63,634 nucleotides of DNA, filler included, from Blastocystis sp. subtype 4 (GCF_000743755.1; 2 parts of 2 records of this genome joined end to end with filler, not necessarily neighbours in it), one strand, 5' to 3'; numbered from the whole stretch's first letter, positions 25,124 to 40,259 are shown. Notes: a model not told the origin generated them from the letters alone. Program-made: numbers and translations.

Positions 25124-28100
25124 CTATCCACGACACTTTAACATAACACTGATTCGCTGAGGAGACACATTCGGTCTTCTGTAGGAACGATTCATGTAAC
25201 TCTCTTTACGGTATACAGTACTCTCACGGATTGCCTTCAAAAAGGCATAAGGGTTATCGTCGAACATTCTCGCCCAATGTCCATTATATAAATCCAAAAT
25301 AGCTCGAACAAGAGGAAGAGGAGAAGGATATGAAAACTGACATACTTGAACGAGGCGACCGTAAATGTCTGGTTGGATCAGCTGTTGAAATTCCCTCACA
25401 ACATTCAAGACATACTGTGGAATCACACGTACTTCAATATAATGAGGTTTCAAATACAATTCGCTTGATAAAACAGTGAAATCTTCAGTAATCAATTCTT
25501 CCACTTCCTCAATCTCATTGAGGATGTGAAGATTCCGACACTGGCTAACACTCAGATTGAACTGTTCACGAACCCATTGTCCAAAGGCTTCATTTTGTTG
25601 GCAACATCGTTGATAGACCGAAATCGCCTCATTCATGTGATCAGGTTTGAATAGATACAACAATGAATAAACGTCTTTGTAGAGATCTGGATCAGTACAA
25701 GTAGCAGGATACTGAATGATACAATCAGGGTAATGACTGAGACGACGCGATACACCCACAAATGTCATCAAATCGTTGAAATTCTCAAATTGGAGAGATA
25801 GTTCTGTACTACCATCACGACGAGGGAGTTTCACTGTCCAACATTCAGTCTAAATATATCATCATGAAATCAATCCATACTTCTTTGCGAGATACATAAG
25901 CGACTGCAGGACTACAATCAGCAAAATACACTGCATTCTTCAAGTAATGATCATCGGGGCGTTTCATCACAAGAAGCATGGAGTCAGTTAAAAGAAGCAG
26001 ACGACGCTTCCAGACTCGCTTATCGTATACCAGTGCAAACAGCTTTAAATGAAGACTTTGGGATGGAATGTCCTCATAACTAGAGCATACTCCTTCAGCT
26101 GAAGGTTGATTACGATGAGACGATCGAGGATGGCTGAGAACACATTCAAGTGGAGTTTTCATAGAAGTTGGGTTATCACTCATCACATTCATGGCATACT
26201 GATCACAATACGTAGCAAAAATACGGATTTCTTGATCTTCTAAGCCACATAAAGCAAATGCAATATCTAGTAATCACAAATTGACACAGATACAAACCTT
26301 CCTTGGAAAGAATCTCCTTCTCATGAATGGTTAAATCTCGTTTCTTTCCTTTCTCTTTCTGAGGTGGCAACTGTACAGAAAGAGTCATTGCATTGGTACA
26401 TTCATCCTCGCCATATGATAGTGACATTTGTTTTAGGAATGGAATACGATGAGCGAATCGATCATTGTAAGGATCTGCCACATGCTGACTACCAAACTTA
26501 CGAAGCTTAGCTGTTACAACAGTGCTAGTTTTTGGCATAGCTTCTGATGTACTGTGGAAAAGAGGTGTTGATGGTTTGCTAACAGGAGATGAAGGAGCAA
26601 GTGGTGATGGAGTATGAAAAGGAGGTGGTGATGAAGGAGTAGGTGAAGATGGACGAAGCAGAAGTGAGTTCATTTCTTCTGAAGTCGATTCGTCTCGAAT
26701 AGATGAATCTTGAAGAGGAGTAAGAAGAGGAGAGACAGGTTGTTCTGTAGCTGTGGACAAAGAATGAGGAATGGGTTCAGCAATGAGTTCACTCGACATA
26801 GGATCCTCAGAGAGAGTTCCATGTTCAGAACTACTCTCTAGAATAGGTCGAGGTGAGTTAAACATATCAAGATCCATACTCAATAGATCACGATATTGAT
26901 ATGAGCTGATAACCCACGATTCATCACTCTGACTTGATCGAAGACGTAACAAAGTCTCACGTCGAGTTCGTTCCTCTTCAATTGCTTGAGCGGTAACTGC
27001 ATGAATCGCACATAAACGCTCAGAAGGACTACTTTGAGCACTAATAATGAGTATTCTCAATGACTGATACAAAGATTCATGATCCAGACAAATTAACTGA
27101 ACAGCGAATGATTGTGTTAATGGCAATGAACAACCCTTATCAATTGAAATGTTATTCTTATAAAAATACAGAGATGTCAAGTCAATGTGAGTACAGCAGG
27201 GTACCTGTGTTGTATTGATGCTAAAATGGAGAATATCTTTCTTATTGTTCTTCATGATAAATAGAAGGTCACCACGAGCTGGAACATTGATCTATGATAA
27301 ACATGAATCACTGAACGCACATCAATTACAATCTCTGCTTGATACGAATTGTACTTAGGAAGAGGATAATAACACCAGGCACTATTATAAACAGTATTCC
27401 ATTCATTTCGGCACTTCAATTTCACAACAAGACTGAGATTGTTCAAACCGCCAATTCCTGCAGGAACATTGTAGAGAATTAGAGATCCAAGATAAAGAGA
27501 TGGCTGCAATTTTGTATCAAATTGAAGAGCATTATCTGCACCAATGGTATCTGTTGACATCAGAAAGTCACGAATAAACTTGATCTGATCCGGGTTCTCA
27601 ACGCCATCTCCACGCTTTTCACGGAAATAGTTCACCGCCGCATTCACATATTCTGTGGTTGTTTTGGCATTCAATTTATTGAAGAATCCTTGCATAAGCA
27701 ACGTACAGCAAATCACAATCCCAGTTCGCCCCTTTCCTATCGATCAATTCCTGTTCAAATTCTAACCAGCAAGGCAGTGGGCAGATATGACATTATCTGG
27801 ACTTACAGCCATCCATAAATCGATAAAGGAGTAAATAGCCCACATCAAAGCGATAGGAGGTGAATGATGGTCAGGAAAACCGCACACAATGACTCGATTT
27901 CCAAAGTAACTGTAATCGTAGTCCCTATCACTTAAGTTAAATACTAAGTAGTGTTTTCCATGTTTGCTATCTAACAGTCTAGACACCTTCAAATATAAAT
28001 TTTTGAAAACCACATACGTCATTAATGCTGTTCCGATAGAAACTTTCGAACTTAATTGACGGAAAACCCATCGCAATGATTCTACACTATAATCCATCTA

Positions 28101-28236
28101 AAGACAGTCACCTGTCAGTGATATACGTAAGGTCCAAATTGAATGAATCATCAATGTATCTCACCCGCCTTCCTAGATCGTAAAGAAGTGTAGAAGTGTA
28201 AATACCAGAAAAGTAGGAACGAAGAGCAGTGTTCAT
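25124..28236 (-). CDS. PTEN-like phosphoinositide phosphatase with C2 domain and long C-terminal Pro/Ser-rich and PH-like extension
   Basis: Spliced RRVRYIDDSFNLDLTYITDRIIAMGFP...YRNSIND-VSRLLDSKH, FPDHHSPP, P-loop HCLAGKGRTG (across an intron at 27766-27737), VENPDQIKF. Downstream ORFs join in frame. Confidence 0.8.
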
Positions 28237-28376
28237 ACTGAATACGCACTAACAGAGATTGGATGCTTTTCCTGAAATGAGATCGGTAATCTGCCGAATT
28301 CGGGGTATTTTTGGGTCTTCAGCACATGAACTAAGACTCCATAATTATTCAAACAAACTATTCAAATCAACCTAAA

Positions 28377-29934
28377 TCATTTTCCAATACAGAAATCGGA
28401 GAAAACAATATCAAGAATCTCTTCGATATCCACCTCTCCAGTGAGCCGCGCTAAGGATTTGAGACATGTTCGCAATTCTTCTGCCTGAAGATCAACAAAA
28501 GACTCCTTGATGCAATTCGATAGACTCAGAATGCACTGTTGAAGACAATTTCGCTGCCTTTCTCTTGTAATTAGATCTGTATTCTCCATTTCTTTTAATT
28601 CCAACTCGTTTCTCACATATCCCGCTAAATGACTTGTAACTTTCTCAACTTGAGACGATTCCTTACAAGAGATTGGAATCACATTCAACACCTCCGGAAA
28701 ACATTTTTCCAACAACATCTTCTTGGCAACTACCGTTTTCTCATCCACCAGATCTGTTTTGTTTAAAATTACAATCGCCTTCTTCTGCTTCACTCGCTCA
28801 AAAATAGATTCCACGTCCGAGCACACATCTCTAGTCACATCCACAATGACCATCTGAAACAAACTCTTCTCAGCAGCAGTCACAGCACGATTCATACCTT
28901 CTCGTTCAATTTCGTCTCCCGATGAATGCAATCCAGCAGTATCCTGAAGAATCACCTTGTAGCCATCGAGATTCAAATCCACCTTCAGAACATCTCGAGT
29001 TGTTCCTGGGACCGAGGAGACAATTGCCACATTCGAACCAACTAACTTGTTGAGAAGTGATGATTTACCTGCATTGGGAGGACCACACAATGTGACGGGA
29101 ATTCCATTCTTGATTAACTGACCTCGATCAAATCCAGCTAAAAGAGTCTGCATCTCCTCACGTATCTTGCAGAGATCTTTCGTCGCATCTGCAAGTTGAA
29201 TGGATTCATCATCTACGTCGTCTGAAAAGTCAATAACCGTTTCCGCATTTGCTAAACTATGCATGAGAGCAGTTCGCCACTCCCAGCATTTGTCAATCAA
29301 TTCACCATTGACTCCTCGCATTGCCTGTTTCCGCTGAATCTCTGTCTCCGAATTCAACAGATCTCCAAGTGCTTCCACTTCCACAAACGACATCTTTCCA
29401 TTCATAAAGGCACGTTTCGTAAATTCCCCTGCATCAGCAGAACGAAAGTGAGGAAAACGGGACAAGGATTTCAAAACAGCCGAAACAACAGCAGGACTGC
29501 CATGAAGATGGAATTCAACCACATGTTCATTCGTATAACTACACTTTAGAGAAAACTGCTGGTACATACCTTGCACCTTCGTTAAAACACAGTACCATTC
29601 CTTTGTCCAGAATCTCCTTGGTCTGAGAATCCAAAATCGTTCGCAACGAAGCTTTTCGCACTTCAGGAAACGGACAATTCTTGTAAGTCATGCCTCGAAC
29701 TGCGTCAAATGCATTTGCACCCGATATTCGAATTACCGATACACCACATTTCGTTAACGGACCTAATCATCACTTTCAAGGAGTTTAATTACCAGAACAT
29801 AGTGCGTAAATAGTGTCACTATCCTTGTTACCTCCAATCGAAGTAAATGGTCGCACAAAAGGAATCACCTCAAGATTCACAGTCTTCCAAATCCTTCGAC
29901 TGAATTGCCGAAAGCAAGAGATTCCTCTCAGCAT
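28377..29934 (-). CDS. GTPBP3: tRNA modification GTPase MnmE/GTPBP3, organelle-targeted
   Basis: DTIYALCSG, GVSVIRISG, EFHLHGS, GEFTKRAFMNGK, GPPNAGKSSLLN, VPGTTRD, DTAG, NKTD, C-terminal FCIGK. Arg-rich presequence MLRGISCFRQFSRR. Confidence 0.95.
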
Positions 29935-30017
29935 ATCAATGAAACAAAACACAGTTCAACGAAACCCCAAACAAAGAATGGGGGTTTTCGTTACTTACAC
30001 ATTAAAGTTTACCTACA

Positions 30018-31657
30018 ATGGAAAGAGCAGTACCAGAGTTTTCCCGTACTCAGCTACTTGATGCCTATAAGGTATCTGGAATCCGACTTGTTCTGGTTCC
30101 TCATATGTCTGAAAGTGATAGAATGGACGAAGATGATATTGTAAATGTTCGAACCAACGTTGGTGTAGCTGGAGAACTGTAGATTCTATTGAGATCCATC
30201 ACTTGTAGATACAATGAGTATCAAGAAGATAAAGATTGTGTTATTGCTGATTTGCTTCGAACAAAAAGTTGTCGTGCAATTATTCGTTAAATCTAGAATC
30301 TAATCCAGAGATCGTTGCTTATATCCGAGCCGGTGCCAGAAAGCATCTCTGGTACCGAAAGGAGGATGTTGGTGCTGTTATTGTGACTTGCGGAGGAATT
30401 TGTCCAGGATTGAACAATATCATTCGTGAAATCGTTATCACACTGTACTGGATATAGGTAATTTTAATTGTAGATATCGTCTGTATGGTGTTACCCGTGT
30501 TTTTGGAATGATGAATGGATATGGTGGTTTCACACAAGCTCTGGAGGATCCCAGCGAATGTGTAATTCGTCTGACACCAGAAATTGTTGATACTATTCAT
30601 CATCAAGGAGGAACCTTCTTACGTTCTGCACGAGGCGGATTTAATGCAGATAACATTCTTTTGTGGTGCCAAGAGAACAGTATTAATCAGATTTACGTAG
30701 TTGGAGGAGATGGAACTCATCGTGGTGCCAATGTATTATTCAATGAAATCCAGAAACGAGTATATGTTAATGTCATATCTAAGTCGATAGAAGCTGGCTA
30801 TCAGCATTGGAGGAATTCCAAAGACAATTGATAATGATATTGCCATGGTTGATCGTTCTTTCGGTTTCGAGACAGCTGTTCAAGAATGTACACGGGCAAT
30901 CCGCAGTGCTTTGGTAGAAGTAATGAGTTGTGAATATGGAGTTGGTATTGTGAAGTTGATGGGGCGAGAAGCAGGGTTTATTGCTGGTAGGTTCTAATGA
31001 AGGGAATGACTCTCAGCCTATGCGACATTGGCGAGTCACGATGTTGATTTGTGTCTAATTCCTGAAGTGGATGTGGACTTGTATGATGATGAGTATGGTG
31101 TCTTGCCATATATTCGTCGTTGCATAGAACGTCAACATCATTGTGTGGTTGTGACCTCTGAAGGTATCACCATACCAGGATTGCAGGGTGATGTAACTAT
31201 GAGGAAGATGATTGATTGATAGGGAACAACGGATGCTAGTGGCAATAAGCGTTTTCCTGACGTGGGTTTGTATCTGAAGCAGAAGGTGATTGATTATTTC
31301 AAGGACGAATCAACCAATCCCTCGAAAATGAATGTTTCTGTCAAATACATCGATCCTTCTTACATGATTCGCAGTGTTCCTGCGAATGCATTCGATAGTA
31401 TTCAGTGTTTATTACTCGCTGAGAATGTGGTCCATGGAGTGATGGCAGGATTCACTGGATTCACAGTCGGTGTCTGTAATAATCGTAGTGTGTATATACC
31501 AATAAAGGATCTGACTGATAATTCTCCACGTACACTGTATCCTTTTGGAAGGTGAGCATTATGGTGGAGATTGAATATTAGAACTTATGAACGAGTTGTT
31601 AATATCACAGGACAACCTGATTTCTCAATCCCAATGCGTGCTAAACTACAAAAGTAA
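30018..31657 (+). CDS. PFK: 6-phosphofructokinase, ATP-dependent type (plant/trypanosome-like clade)
   Basis: [63 protein letters not shown]. Gly in GGDG and Gly before IPKT fit ATP specificity. Confidence 0.93.
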
Positions 31658-31713
31658 ATTGTTTTCTTTGAATCACACCAAACAAACACCTGAGAATTGT
31701 AGTTACAAGTAAC

Positions 31714-31797
31714 TTAGACCTTTCCCGCAGCCTTCATCAAGTTGAACATGGCCTCTCCAATCATAGCAGGAGTATCCACAACCTTGACACCAGCAGC
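31714..31797 (-). CDS. Last exon of succinyl-CoA synthetase alpha subunit (truncated by the gap)
   Basis: AAGVKVVDTPAMIGEAMFNLMKAAGKV* after a TAG acceptor, with TGTTTGTT at 31688-31681. Confidence 0.7.
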   Translation of the reverse strand, partial: AAGVKVVDTPAMIGEAMFNLMKAAGKV

Positions 31798-31809
31798 CTA
31801 CACCTCATT

Positions 31810-31909
31810 NNNNNNNNNNNNNNNNNNNNNNNNNNNNNNNNNNNNNNNNNNNNTTAATTAATTAANNNNNNNNNNNNNNNNNNNNNNNNNNNNNNNNNNN
31901 NNNNNNNNN
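31810..31909. other. Assembly gap/contig linker (N-run, TTAATTAATTAA, N-run)
   Basis: 100-nt block of Ns with a central six-frame stop linker. Genes on both sides are truncated. Confidence 0.95.
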
Positions 31910-34900
31910 CATATGAACATCTCGTGATCCAGAGAGCAACAACACCACTTCACGCACTGTCAACAACTCCTCTTCATTCTCAAGCAGTTTCGTGAACAAC
32001 TGAAGAGTAAAAGCTAGAAGATCAGTGCGTGTACTGATCTGGAAGAAAGCTCGCATGAAGTGAGCTGAGAATGTGATAAAAGTATCATGATGTTCTCCAA
32101 GCTGACTAAAGTTGGTTGTGAGTATCTCCATCAAGAGCTGGATACAGTAAATGAACTCGATATCAGCCAGCTTTGGAATGGGAGGTAGACCAAACCGAGA
32201 TGTCTCATCCGAACTAATATTGAAGAAAGAAGAGAATGGGTACTTCATAGTAGTTTCATTATCAGGTGTGAAGAGATACCGCTGAGTACGGGAATCAGTG
32301 CTAATTGACTGAAAGAGAGAATATACAGGTTCACAAGCAAGAATTAGATTGCGTGCAAATTGATACATGACAGTAGGGGTGCGTTGAATGATACAACGAA
32401 TAAGATAGAGAACACGCCATGCTCGAGTTGGATGACGGAAGGTTTCAGAATTGATTTGCCGAATATCACGACGGAATATGTCAAAGAGAGCATCACGAAC
32501 AGCACTTAACAATTGTTGAATAGATGTGGAATAAGGCAAAGGACAAGAGAATATTTCTAGATATGAATGAGGATACGAAGAGATACCTGGTAACAGTTCA
32601 ATCATACTTCCAAATACATAACCTCACGACAGATCTTCTTCTGGAGATTCTCTGCATTCTTCTCAAGGAATTCATTCTTGAAGTATCCGAGTGACATCGC
32701 ACTAATTCGGAACGAAACAACGATTGGCATAGTCATTTGATAAAGTTGATCTTCACGTAGTTTCGTTCCTTCTGTCTCCTTGTAATTCATTAGTGTTTTG
32801 TTATAGAAGGGAAAACTGTCATCAATTTCTTGCAATTTCATGGGAATATGAGGAGTTAAAGTGAGAATCAATTTAAGCAAATCAAATCCTCGTTTGGTGA
32901 GTGATTGCTCAGCAGGATACATCGACGCAATCAACAGAATTCGACATGCTTGAATTGTAAGATGTGTATGAATGATTAACCGAGTATTCTCAGCAACACA
33001 ACGAGATTCAGTTCGAGGTAAGTCACTAGATTTATCAATGCAATCTCGAATCAGTGATAGATCCGTATTCGTATCCTGTGGAGAATTGTTGCTTGGACAA
33101 TCCTTCTTTGATCGAATAGAGTATGCTGTGAGAAGATACAGAAGATTCAAATACAACTCTCGATTAGAATAAGCATTTGCACTCCGAGTTCCAATCCGAC
33201 GTAACTCCGTCAAAATTTGAATACTGAATCGATCATGAGAGGGATAGAAAAACTCAGGGAAGAGAACAAAAAGTCTCCAGATATGAATCTGTTGATCGAG
33301 GATATGTTCATTCATCAACATATTCTGTCGTACTCGAGTGTATATTGTTTCCTTGGTCTTGGTATCAAATGACATTAAAACTACAAATGATGAGATAAAC
33401 AAATCTATACCAGGAGTGAGTAATGAAGCAGCACGATAGATTAGATCAGAATATGGATTCTTATAGAGATGAAGTATATTGAAGAAGATCTTAATTGTGA
33501 AATTGGATGAGATTTGACAAGAGTTGATGAATTGACATAAGAAGAACAATGACCAACTCAGTAAACTATCATCTGTTGATTGATAAAGATCCCAGGCAAA
33601 GGCAAAGAGAGTATTACGTCGAGGTAAGACATTATCTGTTAGATGCTTTATCAGAAGAGTGTTGAATCGTAGAAGAACAGTAAGAAGACCTGTAGAGAGT
33701 GTGGGTTGTTTAGTATCAATCGAAGGAAGATAAGATCCGAGATACGCATCAAGGAAGGATGATGGAATTGCAATAGATCGATTAACAGTTGGATTGTGAA
33801 GACTAGAGATGAGAAAAGAGAAGAGAAACAACGTGGCAGCAAAGAGAGGAATCACGGCATAGTTAACAACACAATACTTCTTCAGATCGGTAATAGAAGG
33901 ATCTTGAAGTACTCGAAGCATATCATCCCATACAGCCGCTCTTTCTTCATCCTTCAGTTGTTTTGGTAATTCTGTCATAAAGAAGATTCTTACATTCTGT
34001 AATGAAACAAGACTGGGGTATGCAAAGACAAAAGCCAGACTATTGGAGATAGAAGCATCGAATTGGGTTTTCATTAAAGTGATCATGGTGAGTGCAACAA
34101 CCTCCAGGCAATCACAATTATCACCTTCATATGTCATTGCCTGATAATCATTCATCTCTGTAGGGGCATTCTGTTGTAGGGTTATACGATGTTCAGTGAC
34201 TTCCTTGCTTCGTAATTCCAAAATTGAGAGTTGTGCTGACCAGCATTCGACTAAAAATTCCTTAACAGAACCCAAAGGTAGACAAGAAGGATATCGTAGA
34301 CAGAATCCAAGCTAGAAGTGAGTAATGATATGAATCACTACGAATCGCAGGATGTGAATAAGGATAGCATTTGTCTATCAATCAATTCTATTTCATATCA
34401 AATACCTTATTGGTAGAGAGATCTTGAAGATAGTGCTGAGCAAGAGACTGGAATAAAGACCAACTCTGACACAATTCCTTTGTAAGAATCTCAAGATCAC
34501 ATGTCTCCCACATTCCATTCAAAGCAATGAAACTGGGTGATAATTGGAGTAATCCATAGGTATCTTGTGATGCACGTTCTGCCGAACTTCGTGCTTGAGA
34601 ATACATGAATTGAACACATACCTGAGGATTTGAGTTACAAGCATCAGATAAAGGTTTAAACTACTCATGAATCTAACACTTCCACACTTACAACATCCTT
34701 ATTATTAGCCAGAAATGGACATCGTTCATCAAAGAATCTCATCATCATTCCTACTCGATCAAATATGGTTTCAAAGTGAATTTCCTTTAATTTTACAACA
34801 CTCAATACTTCCAGAAGTTGAATCACAAAACTCAATACACCTTCACGAATTATCTCATTACCAGTACTGATAGTCTCATAGACATCGATTAGAATCTCCA

Positions 34901-37900
34901 GAGTACTATCCCTCACAGCTTCTTGTTCTTTCTCGCTAAAGAAGGGAACAACTAGTTTCAGTCGATGTAGGTAATGATGTGGCACATCTTTTCCAGCTAG
35001 AATTTCTCCACTCAATCGCTTCAATACATCAATGTTGCTAGGGCAGTCAAAGTACTTATCTACAGATCGATCACTCATTGAAGCAATCAAGGGCATAATT
35101 GGAAGTACAATATTCGTCACAGTTTCAGCACTACAGTTCACTGATTGATAGACACATCTGAATATCCCTGTATTGAGCTGTTCGGATTCTTTCAGAGCAG
35201 CCAGAGATTCAGGAGGAGGATTCTGCATCAATTCCTGTCGTTGAAGTACGAACACACGCAGTAAGTGAAGTACTGTAACGTAGAGATCCATCTTGAGAGG
35301 ATGACCCCAGAAGAACTCGCTAGAGTTGAGAGGAATATACAGACCAGTTGGAACTACATGTGAGGGATTTCAAACGATGCTACAATCATAAGGAGTCATA
35401 CTCTTGATAAGAACATCATTGGACTCGGTTATGTCAAATGGACGTGTGGCCTCTGCAATCACAGTGAACACCACATGTTCTGTAACATTGATAAGATGAT
35501 GTCGTAGTGCCAGTTCCATTGCTGTGAATACACTAGAGATGAAGAAGATAACGGAGCTCAAACCTCATTTGTTGCTGTGGGATTAGCTTTCCACACTGTT
35601 CAAATTCTTTGTGCTCATGGAGAATCGATCGTAATGTGTTAAGAAGAGGTTGAGCATCAGGAAGACCAGCAATTCGATCGATAAGAGAAGCAGCAAGTTG
35701 AGGAGCTGGTCCATAGAATCCAAAGAGTTGATCTGTGATCACATTTAACACATCATGTAGCCGAGAAGGTCGTGCACTCAATTCCTTTTCATAAAACTCG
35801 ACCAATTCTCGATCTGTTATGATATGAGTATCATACACAATATGAGGGATACTAAGAGAGAAAAAGATGGAAGAGATCCTACTTCTCATTCACATTCAAT
35901 CCTAATCCTTTCACAAATAAATAATCAATCATCTTATCAACTTGAATTCGTGCTGTTGTTACATATTCAGCTGGAACCATCTCCAGAACATCAAATATAA
36001 GACGTATGATCACTCCAGTAAGCCTTTGCAGGATAATATCTGGAACACGCTCACACCAAACATTGAACACTTTCAACAGGTTACACTAGAATCAGATTAC
36101 ATGAACACATCTTACATGAACCCTCCAATCTTGATTGTGCACATTCTGACGACTCTGAATGAAGAATAGCTCCATACAAGGAGCTGCCAAATATAAGGCT
36201 GCTTCCTTGGTTGTTGATTGCTGACAGATCACATCCCAGATCATAGTAACAACGTCACACACAACATCTGTGACACTGGGGAAATCTCGATACAGTAACG
36301 ATATCAGGGCTTCGAATAAGGAAGTAATACAGAGAGATGCACTCGGAGGATGAAATCCAACAGGAAGGAAGTCAAGAGGCATTCCCAATCGCTGAACAGT
36401 CTTCTCCCGGAAGAAAGCAGATTTGTAAAACAAAGTAACATTACTAAGATCACGATTCGTGGTGGAATAATTGATCAATAATGCAATGAAGAGTGTAGTA
36501 ATGCGTCGAACACTTGCTTTAGCTTCATTTGTGACTTCTGTGTCACAACATGAGAGTAACAGAGTATAGATAATAAGAGAAATGACTCGATCTTGATTTG
36601 GATTCAACGAAGTATTCAGAAAAGACTCAGGAACATAGGCTTCTCCAAATATAACTGATTGCAAGCGATATACAACCAGAGGATCGATAGGAGTCGGTTC
36701 TGGATAACAACGAGCAATGATACATTGTTCCAGAAGATGAATAGCAATTCGCTTGTAAGCAATTCGAACATTTCGCATCATTCGGATGGTTGATGGAAGT
36801 GTACGGAGAGTTGAAGCTAGTTTGGTTTCTGTATTTTCCAAAGATTCAGCAATCAGATTCCTCTCAAGAAGTTGAACAGTAATTTCCAACACATCATCCA
36901 TAATGAATCTCTGTCCATTAAGAATCACTACATATCCTTCTGCAGTCGATGTCATACAAGGGATACTGATTCGACCATGAAGAAGAGAACGAGATCGGCC
37001 TCCAAATCGACCCAACAATTGAATAGCATTCGTTGTGATTGTGGAATTGGAAGAATTGTGGATAATGTTATTCAGGGCTGCTACAAACTGCGTACGATAT
37101 GGTTCTCGTTGAAGCAAAGAAAGAACAGATTCTACTGAGAGTTTCTGGTTGAAGTTATCGAAGTATGTCAGAGCTACAGCTTATTCCACGTATACATTCA
37201 TACCACTTCGCTGAAGAGTATCAGGACCTGCAAGAGCCTTAACATACATAGGAAGAAGGAGTCGTAAGAAGGATATTCCATAGGCTGATGTGAAAGGAAT
37301 TGGAAGATAGAATGCAATTTCGATGATACGTTCACGAATATGAGAATTATCACAGACATGCTCCAAATGAACCAATTGAGGTGTAAGATCCTTCAATAGA
37401 CTTGGTGTCTCTTTGGGTAATTCTGCTAATTGCGTTGTGTGAAGTAAAAGGAAGATATTGAACAACATATCAAGATATGGTGACCAATGATCTGTATTGA
37501 ACAAGCGACGTATACATTCCTTCAGAATCCGCTATGAATCAGGTCTCATTGAATTGGATACAGAGAAATAGGGTCGAAAGAGAATCTCTTCACTTGTAGC
37601 AAAGGATATACGAGAAGAGAACATTCGAAAGAGACTGAGAAGAATAGGAGGATCATTTGTATCCGTTCCTAAATCCTATGGATGATTGAACAAGATCACA
37701 CAGACTTCGAGATGATTAGCAATAAAGTCAATCAAGACAATAGAAGTATAATGAGTATTCTGGGCTTTAATAACGATACTTCGGATAAACTCTAGCAGCA
37801 GAGGGTTCTTCTTCATACAGACATAAAGATGAGGGAATGTACAGTTCAAAACCCTTCGTTTTACATCGCCTGGTAACTCACTAATCACTTCAGCGAAATG

Positions 37901-40154
37901 ACGAATGCGTTGATCCAACTACAATGATAGAAAGGAAGAATTGATACCTGATCCTTTGAACGAGATTCATCGACCTGAAAGAGGTCACCACAGTCAAAGA
38001 TTCCGTTGATATAGCGAAGAATTAAGCTTACAAACGGGTCAGTGAAGGTAATCGATTCATTAGTGACAGAAATGGGTTCTGAAGACGGTGTTGGCACGGG
38101 TTGAGACACCGGAGAGGGTTGAACATGCGATAACAATGATGGTGATAATGGTGGAGTTCCTTGAGTTGGTGCCGATTGTCTGGCTGTGAAGAAATGAATA
38201 ATCTCCACAATACCAATACAGATCTGCTGTAACAAGGTGATTGTATAGTACCTCGATTCCTTCATCTCAATATCACCAATCTCCAATTCTCGATCCATTG
38301 GCATTACACGAACTCCATACTCATCCCATTCAGGAAGAATAGGATAATACTCCTTCCCTTCAATAAGTCTCTTAAATCGAAGATTGTTCTCTTCATCTTC
38401 AGTGTATGCCTTTTTTACCTTCCGTACTCGACTATCCTACACAATGATCCAATTCAATTATAATCACTAATTGAACAATAAACCGAAGATCTTCAAGTTT
38501 TCGAATATAAGTGAGGAAGATACGATACACCATCTCCACTAGAAGTTAGGAAGGGAATACACTCATACTCACAACCTCTTTATTCGTATCAAAATAGTGC
38601 CGAATTGGGTCAATTAACTGAGTTAAAGTATGAATCGCTTTCCGAACACTTCGGAAATCAGCTTGAGGACTCTCTACAAAGGAACAAAAACGATAAATAA
38701 TAGATTGAAGATCAGAAATAGTAAGCTCCTTTTTAGAGCTGAGAATTATATCACTCATGATTGAATATCCGTTATCATTGATACGTTCTCCAGAGACAGG
38801 TACATCTTCAAAGAGAACACCACCATTAAGAAGAATAGGAAGTGATTTAAGAAATACTCGAGGAACAGATTCCCGATCAAAGAGAGCTGTTATATCCCAA
38901 ATCAAATAATCACGAATATCCGTCTATATAAGAGATAGAATACATACATACGACATTCTTTGGATAGTAGATCAGTATCTTCATAATACATGTCGCCATG
39001 GACTCTTGAAATCGTTGACTTTTCAATCGAAGTTGCTTTAAGATAAGAGATGAATAGTATAGTGTATAACAGAGAACACGTAGATACATCACGTATTGCT
39101 TTTCTGTTGTAACAGAAGGATGAATAACTTCGCATGTGGAAACACGAAACAATTCATTTACGAGGGTATCTTTATGAACTACAGCCAAATCAGGAAAGAG
39201 TTTGAATAAACGAATTACGGTGAATAGACAACGATGAAGATGAAGAATTGAATGATTGATAGGAGGTATAGGATCGTTCTATGTCAACAATAGATCATTA
39301 GAGTACTGTCACTTCATCATTCTTATCAGGATTCAATATTGATATGTTTTTTGTTACAATATCAACACTGTAGGAACGACCTCGCGATCGTGTATCTTTA
39401 GAGGGACCTGTAGAAATCAAAGGTAAGGATGATTGATCAGGGATGGTAGCCTGATCGGATTTGGCTTGTTGTGAATTCGAAGCAGTTAGTAGAGGTAAAC
39501 TGGAAGGGAGAACAGCCATGTTGAAAGCTGTTTCATCTTGAGGAATGATTGGCGCATGTGCCTTTCCTGAAACCAATAATAAGAATGTACCTGAACAAAT
39601 TCTTGCGCTGATTTATCGAATCGATGATAAGAAGACTCAACTTGAACTAAATACGAGGCTGCAGCTTCTTTGGAGACCTTATCGCACATAAGAAGTAGCA
39701 TTTCAATTGCCTTCACCAGAATCGTTCCATTAATCTCATTCTCCTTGGAGAAGCACTACAAAGTCACTCGTTCCCTCCTATCTTACACTAAACACCGTAC
39801 TAAGCATTTTGTTCTTTGCCTCCTTGTCAGCAATCCCTTTTAGAAGCATCTTGTTAAAGATCTGATAGCAATAACTACAAGATGAACAGAATCTACATAT
39901 CCAACTTTCGAATACGGTGATTGTAATCGTTCTTGTACGAAACTGGAACTACTTGAAGGATTGACAATACACAGTTCAATAGTTCCAGGAGATACTGTGC
40001 AGAATTCATAAAATACATATAGTCGAATGCCTTCTTGATTCGCTGCAAAAGCTACAGATGAGCACTTTGAGCAATTACCAGATACAATTGGCGGATCGAC
40101 CGTTAAATCTTTGAGATCATTTAAAATCTGCTCATGACCTCCATTCTCGGGCAT
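31910..40154 (-). CDS. TRRAP: TRRAP/Tra1 (PIKK family) N-terminal HEAT region, multi-exon, 3' part lost at the gap
   Basis: IIEIAFYLPIPF...YVKALAGPDTLQRSG...DNF...AIQLLGRFGGRSRSLL parallels the conserved Tra1 segment. About 8 kb of helical same-strand ORFs. The FAT/kinase part is not in the window. Confidence 0.7.
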
Positions 40155-40259
40155 TCTAGAGCCGTAAGACGAGAGAAACTTGAGTTTGAAAAGTGGATAC
40201 AAGAATAGTACGGATTTCTGGAATTGTTTCTTCATCCAATTCAAAATACTGCATTCTAT

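Noticed and set aside
31810..31909. Palindromic TTAATTAATTAA flanked by Ns, and apparent TRRAP to SCS-alpha adjacency
   Set aside because: Typical artificial contig linker. Neither the motif nor the adjacency is biological evidence.
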